Shown here: positions 33,408-43,825 of the stretch, in pieces
Position numbering within the stretch: the stretch's first letter is position 1
How the letters are laid out: each line of letters begins with the position of its first letter
NCBI GenBank assembly: GCA_903929005.1
Contig: CAIYTC010000177.1
Span: 1-56,189, forward strand
Reading direction: 5' to 3'
From: an uncultured Dehalococcoidia bacterium
GTDB taxonomy: Bacteria > Chloroflexota > Dehalococcoidia > GIF9 > UBA5629
Length of the DNA: 56,189 bases
Program-made: the position numbers and the translations under genes
Notes under the pieces: generated by a model
What the model was told of the DNA's origin: nothing
What the model saw: the letters and a program-made list of their open reading frames with translations, nothing else
Databases searched by the model: none

Positions 33408-36053
33408 TCACACCCTGATGGTCAGGTCATCCAGCGGGTAACTCATGCAGGGATGGATATAGCCGAATTTTTTATCCGCCTGGCGGTGGTGCACCCGGGC
33501 CGGGGTAAAGACCTTGCCCGATATCAGCCTGGTACGGCAGGCCGTGCATTCACCCGACCGGCATACCACTGGAACCACGATGCCGGCTCGCTCAAGGGAA
33601 TTCATCAGCGGCTCGCCGGCCTTCGCTTTGACCTTCCTGCCGCTCCTCACTTCCGTAATAACAAACTCCTTAGCGGCCACAACGCCGGGCCAGGCCGGGT
33701 CCCTGGTTACATCCTGTGGCGGGCCGTAGGCCTCCCGCTTGCTGCGCCTGGCCGGCACGCCCAGTTTGACCAGCGCCGCTCCGCAGAGCTTATACATCAG
33801 GGCCGGGCCGCAGGTAAACACGGTCTTGCCCTTGAGATCACCCGCCAGCGACAAGATGACTTTGTCATCCAGGAAGCCGGTTGCCCCCTTCCAGCCGGAC
33901 GGCGGTTTGCTTATCACGTAATCAACCTTAATATTCTTGTGCTTGGATGCAATACCCTTAAGCTCTTTGTCAAAGATTATGTCATCGGGTTTGCGGCTGC
34001 CATAGATGAAGTGGATATTCAAAGCGGATTTCTTCTCCACGGCCTCCCTTATGATAGACATGAAGGGCGCGGCGCCGCTGCCGCCGGCCAGGAAGACGAG
34101 GTCGAAGGAATCCATCAGCGGCTCGTAGTAGAAATAACCATTGGGGCCGGTCGATTCAAAGCCGTCACCGGCTTTGACTTTATCCAGCAGGTAGGATGAC
34201 ACGAAGCCACCCTCTACCCTGCGCACGGTGATATCATAATAAGGTTGTCCGGGCGCGGATGAGATGCTGTAGGGCCGTGAGGTCTTCACTCCGCCTATCT
34301 CTACGAAAAGGTTGATGTATTGCCCGGCGCGAAAGAGCGGGAGTGTGCCATCCTTCGATTCCAGCCGGAAGGTTTTGGCAGTGTCCGTCTCTTTTATGAT
34401 CTCTTTAACTTTCAGCTTCAGCCGGCGCGGGTGGATGCCGGCTACCGCCTTCTCTTGCAGGGAGACAGTGTCCTTCAATTCTTTTGGCTGCACCTTCTGC
34501 TTCTCAAGATCGCTCTCCATCCTGGCCAGCTCGCCGGACTCCCAGGCGCCCTTCTCCATGTCGCGCAGTACTTCACGTGAAGCCATGGCACCCGAGGCGA
34601 TGCAGGGCTCGAACCCGCCGCCGATATTGACCCAGGCATTGGCGAAGTAAAGGCCTTCCAGCGGGCCCCTCATGGGCATATGCAGGAAGCCGCTGCCGGT
34701 GAAGTTCTCATCAAACCCGATAATGCTGCCGCGCGGGTTTCCCGTGTAGCGCATGTTGGTCAGCGGCGTGGCCACCTCAATCACCTCGATGTGGTCCCTC
34801 AGGTTAGGAGCGGCCTTCTCGGCCAGCGTGAGCGCCTTCTGGGCCACCCTGTTCTTGGCCTCAACATATTCCGAGGGTGAGAGCTTCAGCCAGGGGTCGG
34901 CATAGGCTATTTGAGTAATAACCACCGAGGCCGTCCCCCCGGGCGACACGGTCGGGTCGACCACGTTGTAGGCCACGACCGCGCTCCCGTCCGGGTCATT
35001 ATCGAGCGAGTTGAGCATGTTCTCATACTGCCTGTCAAGGTCGTAGGTCCTGTTAACAAAATTTTCGTGTACGTTCAGCCCGACCTCCTGGCAGGAGCAG
35101 TCCAGGCCCAGGTAGATGTTGACAGTGCTGGCGCCGCCGGTCCAGCCGCCGATGCGGTTGAGGTACCAGCCGGGCATATTGTCGCGCCCTATCAGATCGA
35201 GGGCGGTGGTCACCGGGTTGGCGCTGCAGACCACGTGCTGCGTGGCTATCTCCGTGCCGTCCTCGGTCAGCACGCCGCGTACCCTCCCGTCTTTTACTAA
35301 TATTCTCTTCGCGCCGTTATTGAACCAGGCCTCGCCACCGTAGGATTCCATGGTATCGATAAAGGCCTGAGACAGGCTCTGTGATGTCCCCCTGACATGG
35401 GCCGGCCCGAACCTGATGTAGCTGACCAGTGTGATAGCGTAAATGAGGAAGGCGACCCTGGAAGGAGGCTGGCACATATAGCCCCAGAGCTGGCCTATGA
35501 CGGCGCGTGCTTTCTCATCCGAGACCATGGGGTTAAGGACCTCGGAGAGCGACTTGCCGAAATTGCCGGCAAGTTCCGGGTATTCGGAGGGGTTCTGCAT
35601 AACGGCCTTCATGCCCACCCGCCGGGCTTTCATGTACTGACGGGCAAATTCGAAAATGGTGTGCGTGAATTTCTTTATGCCCTCAGCCTCCCTCGGGAAC
35701 AGGCTGCAAAGGGCGTCCTCGTAGTTCTGCCTGCCAATAGGCACCTCGATGGTGAAGTCAGGGAAGATGCTGCGGTAGAAGTCCGGGATGTGCAGGATTT
35801 CCACCCTGTCCGAGACACCGCTGTCATGCAGTATCTTCCAGATAGGGCCCTTGTCTGTCTCAGTCCCGTACCCGGAGAGCTGGTGCAGGGCTATCTCGAA
35901 CTCGAAACGGCCCCTCAGAAACGAGGTGGCATAGCCGCCCGGCACGTTATGCTTCTCCAGGATAACCACCTTCTTGCCGGCTTTGGCCAGGTAGGTTGCT
36001 GCTGATAATCCACCCAACCCCGCCCCTACGACGACGGCATCAAAGTCCTTCAT
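33408..36053 (-). CDS. Phytoene desaturase-family FAD oxidoreductase fused to FNR-type reductase and 2Fe-2S ferredoxin
   Basis: VVVGAGLGG/EKHNVPGG, ATPLTNMRY; RPYSISS, GGSG, TCGP; CRSGECTAC...C. Confidence 0.87.
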   Translation of the reverse strand: MKDFDAVVVGAGLGGLSAATYLAKAGKKVVILEKHNVPGGYATSFLRGRFEFEIALHQLSGYGTETDKGPIWKILHDSGVSDRVEILHIPDFYRSIFPDFTIEVPIGRQNYEDALCSLFPREAEGIKKFTHTIFEFARQYMKARRVGMKAVMQNPSEYPELAGNFGKSLSEVLNPMVSDEKARAVIGQLWGYMCQPPSRVAFLIYAITLVSYIRFGPAHVRGTSQSLSQAFIDTMESYGGEAWFNNGAKRILVKDGRVRGVLTEDGTEIATQHVVCSANPVTTALDLIGRDNMPGWYLNRIGGWTGGASTVNIYLGLDCSCQEVGLNVHENFVNRTYDLDRQYENMLNSLDNDPDGSAVVAYNVVDPTVSPGGTASVVITQIAYADPWLKLSPSEYVEAKNRVAQKALTLAEKAAPNLRDHIEVIEVATPLTNMRYTGNPRGSIIGFDENFTGSGFLHMPMRGPLEGLYFANAWVNIGGGFEPCIASGAMASREVLRDMEKGAWESGELARMESDLEKQKVQPKELKDTVSLQEKAVAGIHPRRLKLKVKEIIKETDTAKTFRLESKDGTLPLFRAGQYINLFVEIGGVKTSRPYSISSAPGQPYYDITVRRVEGGFVSSYLLDKVKAGDGFESTGPNGYFYYEPLMDSFDLVFLAGGSGAAPFMSIIREAVEKKSALNIHFIYGSRKPDDIIFDKELKGIASKHKNIKVDYVISKPPSGWKGATGFLDDKVILSLAGDLKGKTVFTCGPALMYKLCGAALVKLGVPARRSKREAYGPPQDVTRDPAWPGVVAAKEFVITEVRSGRKVKAKAGEPLMNSLERAGIVVPVVCRSGECTACRTRLISGKVFTPARVHHRQADKKFGYIHPCMSYPLDDLTIRV

Positions 36054-36111
36054 TAATCGTACCCTCCTTATTCATGTGTAAGATAATTATTATATCCAAA
36101 TTGCGACGGAC

Positions 36112-36260
36112 AGATTGCCGCGGCCACTGCGGCGGCCTCGCCCCCAAAAACGTCATTGCGAGCGCAGCGAAGCAATCTATCCCCGTACATGACAATAGGA
36201 TTGCCGCGTCGCTGCCTGCCACGCCTGCGGCTCGCAGCTACGGCTAATCCTCGCAATGAC
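36112..36260. repeat. GTCATTGCGAG-family element, copy 4 (composite)
   Basis: GATTGCCGCGGCC..CCTCGC, then GTCATTGCGAGCGCAGCGAAGCAATC...GATTGCCGCG...CCTCGCAATGAC. Confidence 0.85.
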
Positions 36261-36267
36261 GACATGC

Positions 36268-37068
36268 TCAGCGTCCCTTGAATTGTGGTAAGCGCTTGTT
36301 GCGGAAAGAGTCCAGCCCTTCCCGGAAATCCTCGCTGCCCATCAGGAACTTCTGCGCATAGGTCTCGAAGTAAAGCTGCTGCTCAAGGTTATTCAGCAGG
36401 CCGTTTTGCACGGCGCGCTTTATCTGCTTGAGCGCTAGCGGCGGGCCCTGCGCTATCCTGTTGGCCAGCGCTTCAGCCTCCTCCATCAGCTTCTCATGCG
36501 GCACGACCCGGTTGACCAGTCCGATGCGCTCGGCCTCGCGGGCATCAATGGAGTCGCCGGTGTACATATATTCGTAGCAGCGCCCGGTGCCCAGCAGCCG
36601 CGGCATCAGGAAGGTGCATCCGCAGTCTGGTATCAGGCCCCGCATCACGAAGGCCAGGTTGAAGATTGCTCTCTCGGAGGCGATACGTATGTCGGAGAGC
36701 AGAGCGATAGATATGCCGCCACCCGCCGCCACACCGTTGACCGCGGCGATGACCGGTTTCTCAAGGTTGTAAAGGCCCAGCACGAGAGCGCCGCCGATGG
36801 TCTCGCCGCGCGGCTCCAGCATCCCCTGCAGCCTGCCCTCCTCCGCCGCCTGGTTGAAGAGGACGATATCCGCGCCGGTGCAAAAGCCTTTACCCGCGCC
36901 GGTAATGATGAGGGCGCGTACCCCATCGTCCTCCTGCACCTCCCTAAAGATTTTAGGCAGCAGTTCGTTGCTTATCTCCGCCGTCAGGGCGTTCAGCCTG
37001 TGCGGACGGTTCAGGGTCAGGACGGCAACGCCGTTTCTTTTCTCCAGCACCAGGCCTTCGTATTCCAT
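36268..37068 (-). CDS. Enoyl-CoA hydratase/isomerase family protein
   Basis: LTLNRP, FCTGAD, KPVIAAVNGVAAGGG, GLIPDCG. Confidence 0.92.
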   Translation of the reverse strand: MEYEGLVLEKRNGVAVLTLNRPHRLNALTAEISNELLPKIFREVQEDDGVRALIITGAGKGFCTGADIVLFNQAAEEGRLQGMLEPRGETIGGALVLGLYNLEKPVIAAVNGVAAGGGISIALLSDIRIASERAIFNLAFVMRGLIPDCGCTFLMPRLLGTGRCYEYMYTGDSIDAREAERIGLVNRVVPHEKLMEEAEALANRIAQGPPLALKQIKRAVQNGLLNNLEQQLYFETYAQKFLMGSEDFREGLDSFRNKRLPQFKGR

Positions 37069-37125
37069 GCGGTTATCCTTAATTATTTTACTCGATTTAA
37101 CCCGGCCGGGGGCGGTTATCCGACC

Positions 37126-38277
37126 TCAGGCCTTCACGGTCAACCCGGCGGGGAATTTCTCACCCAGTATCTTAACGGCGCCACCGATAATGTCGTCCAT
37201 AACTTCCTGTGTGCTCCGTACCTTCTTGATCAGGCCGGTAACCTGGCCGGCGAACATGGGGAAATATTCCGTCTGGCCTTTCTCCATCATGCCCTGCACC
37301 AGGTCGGCCACCAGCATGCTCTGCAGCGGCATGGGCAGCGTCTTAAGCCCGGACTTTTCCCAGGCCTCATCAAATCTGTTTTTAAAAGCCCGCGTAGTCT
37401 TGCCGCTGTAAATACGGGTTATCTGTTCTGCTTCTTCGTCCGATTCGATCAGCTTGCGGTAGTAGGCATCTATGGTCACTTCATTGATCATGCCGAGCCC
37501 GATGAAGTCCACGAAACACTCATGGGTAGCCAGGAAGGCGGTCCCGCACCAGGCACCGATAGCCCCCAGAGCCAGTGCAGCCACCAGGCCGCGGCCGTCG
37601 GCTATCCCGCCCGCAGCTACCACCGGGGTCGGGGCCACGGCATCCACCACCTGCGGGACCAGCGCGAAGGTGCCGATCCTGCCGGTGTGCCCTCCGGCAT
37701 CGTGGCCCTGCGCAATGATAATATCCGCCCCCATCTTTTTAATGCGGACGGCATTACGCACATTGCCTACCAGCGAGATAATCTTGATGCCGGCCTCGTG
37801 CGCCTCGGGAATTAACCAGTCCGGGGTGCCCAGGCCGAGGGCGAAGAAGGGCACCTTTTCCTCCTTGACCACCTGGAACTGGCTGCGGCCGAACTCCTCG
37901 GAGATAGGCCATTCCTTCATACGGGCGCCCTCCACGCCGAAATCCTTAGCCATCTTCTGGACGAAAGCGGTGTGCTCGGGAGGTATATACTCCTTGAGCT
38001 TGCCCGGGTCGAAATCCTTAGGGATAGCAGCGGGAAGCAGTATATCCACGCCGAAAGGTTTGTCGGTCAGTTGACGTGTTTTCCTGATCCATGCCCTCAG
38101 TTCGTCGGGCCACAGGAAGGTGGCGCCGAGCATACCCAAGCCTCCGGCATTGGAAACCGCGGCGGTCAACGTGTAACCGCCGGCCGTCCCCATCCCTGCC
38201 AGCATCACCGGGTATTCGACACCGAGTATATCGCACAGCACGGTGCGGAATACGGGACGCCCATTCATTGTAACCAT
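37126..38277 (-). CDS. Nitronate monooxygenase / FabK-like flavoprotein
   Basis: AVSNAGGLG, AQGHDAGGH, AAGGIADGRG, GTAFLATHE. Confidence 0.9.
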   Translation of the reverse strand: MVTMNGRPVFRTVLCDILGVEYPVMLAGMGTAGGYTLTAAVSNAGGLGMLGATFLWPDELRAWIRKTRQLTDKPFGVDILLPAAIPKDFDPGKLKEYIPPEHTAFVQKMAKDFGVEGARMKEWPISEEFGRSQFQVVKEEKVPFFALGLGTPDWLIPEAHEAGIKIISLVGNVRNAVRIKKMGADIIIAQGHDAGGHTGRIGTFALVPQVVDAVAPTPVVAAGGIADGRGLVAALALGAIGAWCGTAFLATHECFVDFIGLGMINEVTIDAYYRKLIESDEEAEQITRIYSGKTTRAFKNRFDEAWEKSGLKTLPMPLQSMLVADLVQGMMEKGQTEYFPMFAGQVTGLIKKVRSTQEVMDDIIGGAVKILGEKFPAGLTVKA

Positions 38278-38287
38278 CTGAGAATAT

Positions 38288-39985
38288 TTATTTTGGCTTG
38301 GCCATCAGTGTCCTGATCTCGCGTTTAAGTATCTTACCCACTGCGCTGGTAGGAAGCTGGTCATAGAATTCGATGCGCTTGGGTACCTTATAAGGCGCAA
38401 CCCTGCCTCGCAGGTATTCGGTGATCTTCGTTTTCTCAGCATCGCTCTTTTCAATGCCCGCCTTCAAGACGATGGCCGATGCCACAATCTCCGAACCGGG
38501 CCTTTCCGGATCAGGTATCCCCACGCTGGCCCCTAAATCCACGTCCGGGTGTTCGCAAATAACATCGTCAAGTTCACGCGTAAACACTTTCATCCCTGAG
38601 ACATTGACCATGTCCTTGATGCGGTCCACAATGGTCACGAAACCCTCTTCATCCATCTTACCCACATCGCCCGTGTGGAACCAGCCGTTCCGCAGCACGT
38701 GGGCCGTCTCATCCGGTTTCCTGAAGTATCCCTTGGTAAATACCTGCGGACCCTTTACAGCAATCTCGCCCGGCTCGTTGAAGGGAACCGATTCGCCGGT
38801 TGCCGGGTCGACGATTTTAATCACGGTATCGGGGAAGGGTAAGCCCACTGCGCCCGCTATCTTCTTACCGTAGCGCGGATTGGCCGTTATGAGTGGGCTG
38901 GTCTCGGTCAGGCCGTACACTTCCACCAGTTTACTCTCACCCACAATCTTCTCAAACTCCTTGATATATTCCGGGGGGAACGGGGCGGCGCCGCTGACAA
39001 AAAATTGGACGTCGCTGAAATCATATGCTTTGAAATCCGGTTTCTTCATCAACTCCAGGAAGATCGTGGGTACGTTGCCGATGATATTCGGCCTGTGCTT
39101 CTTCATGGCCTTGATGATAAATTTCTGGTCGCGCGGGTTGGGTACCGCGACCTGAGTAATGGCCTTGGAGAACATCGTCATGCATATTATCAGGCCGGCT
39201 ATATGGAAGAGCGGGAAGCAGGTCATGCCGACCGTCTCACCCATCTTAGTATCCACCCAGGTCGAGATTTGGGTCATCTGCCACACGATGTTGCGGTGTG
39301 TAAGCTCGGCGCCCTTGGGCAGGCCGGTGGTGCCGCCCGTGTATTGCATCACGCAGGTATCATCCATGCTGACTTTCTCCGCCACCGGGTCGGCCGGCAT
39401 GCTCTTCATGACCTGCTTGAAATCATATATCTCGATGCCGGGGATGGGCAGCACCTTGCCCGTGGGTATCTTTTTCAGCAGTTTCCCCATCGTGGCCAGC
39501 ACCGGGGAGAGGTAATCGGCAATGCCGGTGAACACGATAGCCTTTAGTTGCGTGCCGTCGATGCCCTTGATGACCCGCGGGTAAAGCGCATCAAGGGTCA
39601 CCAGTACTTTGGTGCCGGAATCCTTAAGCTGGTGGTTGAGTTCTTCCGCTGTCAGCAGCGGACTTACGCCAGTAATCACACAGCCTGCCTTCTGTATGCC
39701 CACCAGTCCGATGTAATAGGCCGGGATATTGGGAAGGTTTATACCGACGGTATCGCCCTTCTTTACCCCGATCTTCTTGAGCAGGTTGGCGAAACGGTTG
39801 GACATTTCGTCAATCTGCTTGTACGTAAAGGGCGTGCCCATGTAGTGCAGTCCAACACGGTCGGGAAATGCCTTGAAGGCCGGCTCTATAGCCTCCCAGA
39901 ACGTTTTATCCGGGTATTGCAGGGTTGCCGGGACATGCTTGTCGTAGAACTTGAGCCAGGGTTTTTGTTCGTATATGTCAACCAT
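38288..39985 (-). CDS. Acyl-CoA ligase (AMP-binding protein)
   Basis: YTGGTTGLPKG, YGLTE, TGDVG, PTSAVGK. Confidence 0.92.
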   Translation of the reverse strand: MVDIYEQKPWLKFYDKHVPATLQYPDKTFWEAIEPAFKAFPDRVGLHYMGTPFTYKQIDEMSNRFANLLKKIGVKKGDTVGINLPNIPAYYIGLVGIQKAGCVITGVSPLLTAEELNHQLKDSGTKVLVTLDALYPRVIKGIDGTQLKAIVFTGIADYLSPVLATMGKLLKKIPTGKVLPIPGIEIYDFKQVMKSMPADPVAEKVSMDDTCVMQYTGGTTGLPKGAELTHRNIVWQMTQISTWVDTKMGETVGMTCFPLFHIAGLIICMTMFSKAITQVAVPNPRDQKFIIKAMKKHRPNIIGNVPTIFLELMKKPDFKAYDFSDVQFFVSGAAPFPPEYIKEFEKIVGESKLVEVYGLTETSPLITANPRYGKKIAGAVGLPFPDTVIKIVDPATGESVPFNEPGEIAVKGPQVFTKGYFRKPDETAHVLRNGWFHTGDVGKMDEEGFVTIVDRIKDMVNVSGMKVFTRELDDVICEHPDVDLGASVGIPDPERPGSEIVASAIVLKAGIEKSDAEKTKITEYLRGRVAPYKVPKRIEFYDQLPTSAVGKILKREIRTLMAKPK

Positions 39986-40020
39986 TGTAAAGCCTCCTCC
40001 TATTTTTTACCTTAAAATAT

Positions 40021-41718
40021 TTATTTTGGCTTCGCTAGCAGTGTTCTAAGCTCACGTTTAAGTATCTTACCCACTGCGCTGATAGGGAGCTGGTCATAGA
40101 ATTCAATGCGCCTGGGTACCTTGTAAGGCGCCACCCTGCCGCGCAGGTATTCGGTGATCTTCGTTTTCTCAGCATCGCTCTTTTCAACACCTGCCTTCAA
40201 TACGATGGCTGATACCACTATCTCCGAACCGGGCCTGTCCGGATCCGCTAACCCCACGGTGGCCCCCATATCCACATCCGGGTGTTCGCAAATAACATCG
40301 TCAAGTTCACGCGTAAACACTTTCATCCCTGAGACATTCACCATGTCTTTGAGCCTGTCAACTATAGTCAGGAAGCCATCCTCGTCCATCTTGCCAACAT
40401 CACCGGTATGGAACCAGCCGTCCCGCAATACGTTGGCGGTCTCCTGCGGCTTCTTGAAGTACCCTTTGGTAAATACCTGGGGTCCCTTTACAACCACTTC
40501 ACCGGGTTCATTGAAGGGCACAGGTTCACCGGTAGACGGATCGACGATCTTTATAATGGTATCAGGCAAGGGTATGCCCACCGCACCCGCTATCTTTTTG
40601 CCGTAGCGGGGACTGGCCGTTATGAGTGGGCTGGTCTCTGTCAGGCCGTATACTTCCACCAGCTTGTTATCACCTACTATCTTCTCAAACTCCTTGATAT
40701 ATTCCGGCGGGAACGGCGCGGCGCCGCTGGCAAAAAATTGGACATCGCTGAAATCATAGGCTTTGAAGTCCGGCTGCTTCATCAGCTCCAAGAACACTGT
40801 CGGCACATTGCCTATCATGATCGGCCTATGTTTCTTCATAGCCTTGATGATGAATTTCTGGTCGCGCGGGTTAGGTACTGCAATCTGTGTGATAGCCCTG
40901 CAACATAACGCTATGGCAACTATCAGTCCTGCTATATGAAACAGCGGGAAGGCTGTCAAGCCGACCCCTACGCCCATTTTGAAATCCAGCCAGGTCGTCA
41001 TCTGGGTCAATTGGTCAACGATGTTGCGGTGTGTAAGCTCGGCGCCCTTGGGCAGGCCGGTGGTACCGCCGGTATACTGCATGACGCAGGTATCATCCAT
41101 GCTGACCTTTTCTGAGACTGGATCCGCGGGCATGGTCTTCATAACCTGCTTGAAATGGTATATTTCAATACCGGGGAGCGGAAGGACTTTGCCCGTAGGT
41201 ATCTTCTTCAGCAGTTTCCCCATGGTTGCCAGGACCGGTGACAGGTAATCGGCGATACCCGTAAATACAATAGCCTTGAGTGCTGTACCTGCTACTGACT
41301 TCTCGATGCGCGGGTAAAGCGCGTCAAGTGATACCAGCACCTTGGCGCCGGAATCCTTAAGCTGGTGGTTGAGTTCTTCCGCTGTTAAAAGCGGGCTGAC
41401 ACCGGATAAAACGCAGCCGATCTTTTGTATACCAAGCAAGGATATATAGTAAGCAGGCAGGTTAGGAAGGTTAACGCCCACGATATCGCCTTTCTTAAGG
41501 CCTACCTTCTTCAGGAGATGGGCAAACCTGGTCGACATGATATCTAATTGCTTGAAAGTGAAGGGTGTTCCCATGTAGTAGAGCCCCACTTTATCCGGGA
41601 ACTCTGCAAAGGCGGGACCAACTACCTCCCAAAACGGTTTCTCCGGGTACTTCAGGTTTGCCGGGACTTGCTTGTCGTAGAACTTGAGCCAGGGTTTCTG
41701 TCCATAGATGTCTGTCAT
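40021..41718 (-). CDS. Acyl-CoA ligase (close tandem paralog of 38288..39985)
   Basis: Same length (565 aa), long identical stretches; YTGGTTGLPKG, PISAVGK. Confidence 0.92.
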   Translation of the reverse strand: MTDIYGQKPWLKFYDKQVPANLKYPEKPFWEVVGPAFAEFPDKVGLYYMGTPFTFKQLDIMSTRFAHLLKKVGLKKGDIVGVNLPNLPAYYISLLGIQKIGCVLSGVSPLLTAEELNHQLKDSGAKVLVSLDALYPRIEKSVAGTALKAIVFTGIADYLSPVLATMGKLLKKIPTGKVLPLPGIEIYHFKQVMKTMPADPVSEKVSMDDTCVMQYTGGTTGLPKGAELTHRNIVDQLTQMTTWLDFKMGVGVGLTAFPLFHIAGLIVAIALCCRAITQIAVPNPRDQKFIIKAMKKHRPIMIGNVPTVFLELMKQPDFKAYDFSDVQFFASGAAPFPPEYIKEFEKIVGDNKLVEVYGLTETSPLITASPRYGKKIAGAVGIPLPDTIIKIVDPSTGEPVPFNEPGEVVVKGPQVFTKGYFKKPQETANVLRDGWFHTGDVGKMDEDGFLTIVDRLKDMVNVSGMKVFTRELDDVICEHPDVDMGATVGLADPDRPGSEIVVSAIVLKAGVEKSDAEKTKITEYLRGRVAPYKVPRRIEFYDQLPISAVGKILKRELRTLLAKPK

Positions 41719-41851
41719 TTTACAACCTCCTTTACTGCCTCGTTATAAATTTGTAACAGGTTACCATAGCGGCGGGCTTTTGACAATAGGTTGGAAGCAA
41801 ACCTGTTAATGTTCTATGATCTTGTCACCCCTTAATTGTTCATTTTGGTGA

Positions 41852-42679
41852 CTAACCCTTCACCGCGCTGACCTTGATGCTGCGTACTGCCTTACCAAGC
41901 TTCTTAAGGTCATCGCGGGACACTTTCTCGTCCTTGAGTATGGCCTGCGCCGTGGGGTCGTTGGACATGTAGTCCGTGCCGAAGCCGGATTCGTCGATTA
42001 CCTTCACATCCTTGAAGCCGGCCTGCTTAATTGCGTCCAGGTACTGCTCCTTGAGGGCGGCGCCGGCCAGGCAGCCGATATAGGCGGCTACCGATTTCTG
42101 CACCGTGCCCGGCAGCGCCTCAAGCAGGACGATGTCGGATACCATCAGCCGTCCGCCCGGCTTTAAAACACGGTAAGCCTCGCGGAAGACCTGCTCCTTA
42201 TCCGGCGAAAGGTTTATCACGCAGTTGGAGATGATGATGTCGACCTGGTTATCGCCGACAGGCAGGTTCTCGATCTCGCCCAGCCTGAATTCAACGTTAG
42301 CATAGCCGCCTTGGGCGGCGTTCTCCCTGGCCTTCTCCAGCATCTCGGGCGTCATATCCACGCCGATGACCCTGCCTTTCTTCCCCACACGGGATGAAGC
42401 CAAGAAGCAGTCGAAGCCGGCGCCCGAACCCAGGTCGAGCACCACTTCGCCCTCTTTGAGCGAGGCCAGCGCCACCGGGTTGCCGCAGCCCAGGCCAAGG
42501 TTAGCCCCGTCGGGCACCGAGTTCATCTCCTCTTCGCTGTAGCCGATGCCTTTGCTGATCTCCTTGGTCACGTCAATGCCGCAGCAGCCTGTTTGCTGAG
42601 GCCCGCAGCATGAGCCGCCGCCTTTGGCCACCCTGGCATAGCCCAGCCTGACGACTGTTTTGATCTCTTCTTTTTTCAT
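41852..42679 (-). CDS. arsM: Arsenite methyltransferase
   Basis: [35 protein letters not shown]; N-terminal CC pairs. Confidence 0.93.
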   Translation of the reverse strand: MKKEEIKTVVRLGYARVAKGGGSCCGPQQTGCCGIDVTKEISKGIGYSEEEMNSVPDGANLGLGCGNPVALASLKEGEVVLDLGSGAGFDCFLASSRVGKKGRVIGVDMTPEMLEKARENAAQGGYANVEFRLGEIENLPVGDNQVDIIISNCVINLSPDKEQVFREAYRVLKPGGRLMVSDIVLLEALPGTVQKSVAAYIGCLAGAALKEQYLDAIKQAGFKDVKVIDESGFGTDYMSNDPTAQAILKDEKVSRDDLKKLGKAVRSIKVSAVKG

Positions 42680-43764
42680 TATTTTCCTCCTGTTGATTTT
42701 ACCGTTGCATGGTCAAAGAATTTTCGTTTGAAGTACAGCGACACGTTTACCAGGCTGATGAGCACCGGCACCTCCACCATGGGTCCGATCACGGCAGCAA
42801 AAGCCTGCCCCGAATTAATGCCGAAAACAGCTACAGCCACGGCTATAGCCAGCTCAAAGTTGTTGCTGGCAGCGGTGAATGCTATAGTGGCCGTCCTGGG
42901 ATAATCGGCCCCTATCTTCTTGCCCATATAGAAAGAGACCAGGAACATGACCACGAAGTAGATGAGCAGCGGAAGGGCGATGCGCAGCACATCCAGTGGA
43001 AGCTGCACGATGATCTGGCCTTTGAGCGAGAACATAACAACGATGGTAAAAAGCAGGGCGGCCAGGGTGATAGGGCTTATTTTGGGGATGAATTTGCCGT
43101 CGTACCAATCAAGCCCCCTGGCCCTGACCAGCAGGAACCTGGTGAACATGCCGGCAAAAAAAGGTATGCCCAGGTAAATGAGCACGCTCTGCGCTATCTG
43201 CCAGATAGTGATATCCACAGCCAGCCCCTTAAGGCCGAAAAGGCCGGGCAGCACGGTGATAAATACATAGGCATAAACGGAGTAGAAAAGTATCTGGAAG
43301 ATGGAATTGAAGGCCACCAACCCCGCGGCATACTCGGTATCGCCTTTGGCCAATTCATTCCAGACTATGACCATGGCGATGCAACGTGCCAGTCCCATCA
43401 TGATAAGACCCACCATGTAGTCGGGATAGGCCTGCAGGAAGATGATGGCCAGCAGGAACATCAAAATAGGCCCGATCAGCCAGTTCTGCAGCAAAGAAAT
43501 GCCCAGCACCCTCCAGTTGCGGAAGACCAGCGGCAATTCCTCGTACTTAACCTTGGCCAGCGGCGGGTACATCATCAATATCAGGCCGGCAGCGATGGGA
43601 ATGGATGTAGTATCCACCTGGAAGAGGCTGATGAAATCCGCCACGCGCGGGACGAAATATCCCAGGCCGACACCCAGCCCCATGGCCAGGAAAATCCACA
43701 GTGTGAGAAACCTGTCGAGGACAGGTAATTTGCCATTTGGCTCTTGAGATAGGCTATTAGTCAA
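42679..43764 (-). CDS. acr3: ACR3 family arsenite efflux transporter
   Basis: [38 protein letters not shown]; TTG start 43764 after AAGGAGG. Confidence 0.94.
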   Translation of the reverse strand: MTNSLSQEPNGKLPVLDRFLTLWIFLAMGLGVGLGYFVPRVADFISLFQVDTTSIPIAAGLILMMYPPLAKVKYEELPLVFRNWRVLGISLLQNWLIGPILMFLLAIIFLQAYPDYMVGLIMMGLARCIAMVIVWNELAKGDTEYAAGLVAFNSIFQILFYSVYAYVFITVLPGLFGLKGLAVDITIWQIAQSVLIYLGIPFFAGMFTRFLLVRARGLDWYDGKFIPKISPITLAALLFTIVVMFSLKGQIIVQLPLDVLRIALPLLIYFVVMFLVSFYMGKKIGADYPRTATIAFTAASNNFELAIAVAVAVFGINSGQAFAAVIGPMVEVPVLISLVNVSLYFKRKFFDHATVKSTGGK

Positions 43765-43825
43765 CCAAGCCTCCTTTATTGACGCTGCAAACAAATATAA
43801 TTCTCTTCACTTCAGGCATACCCTA

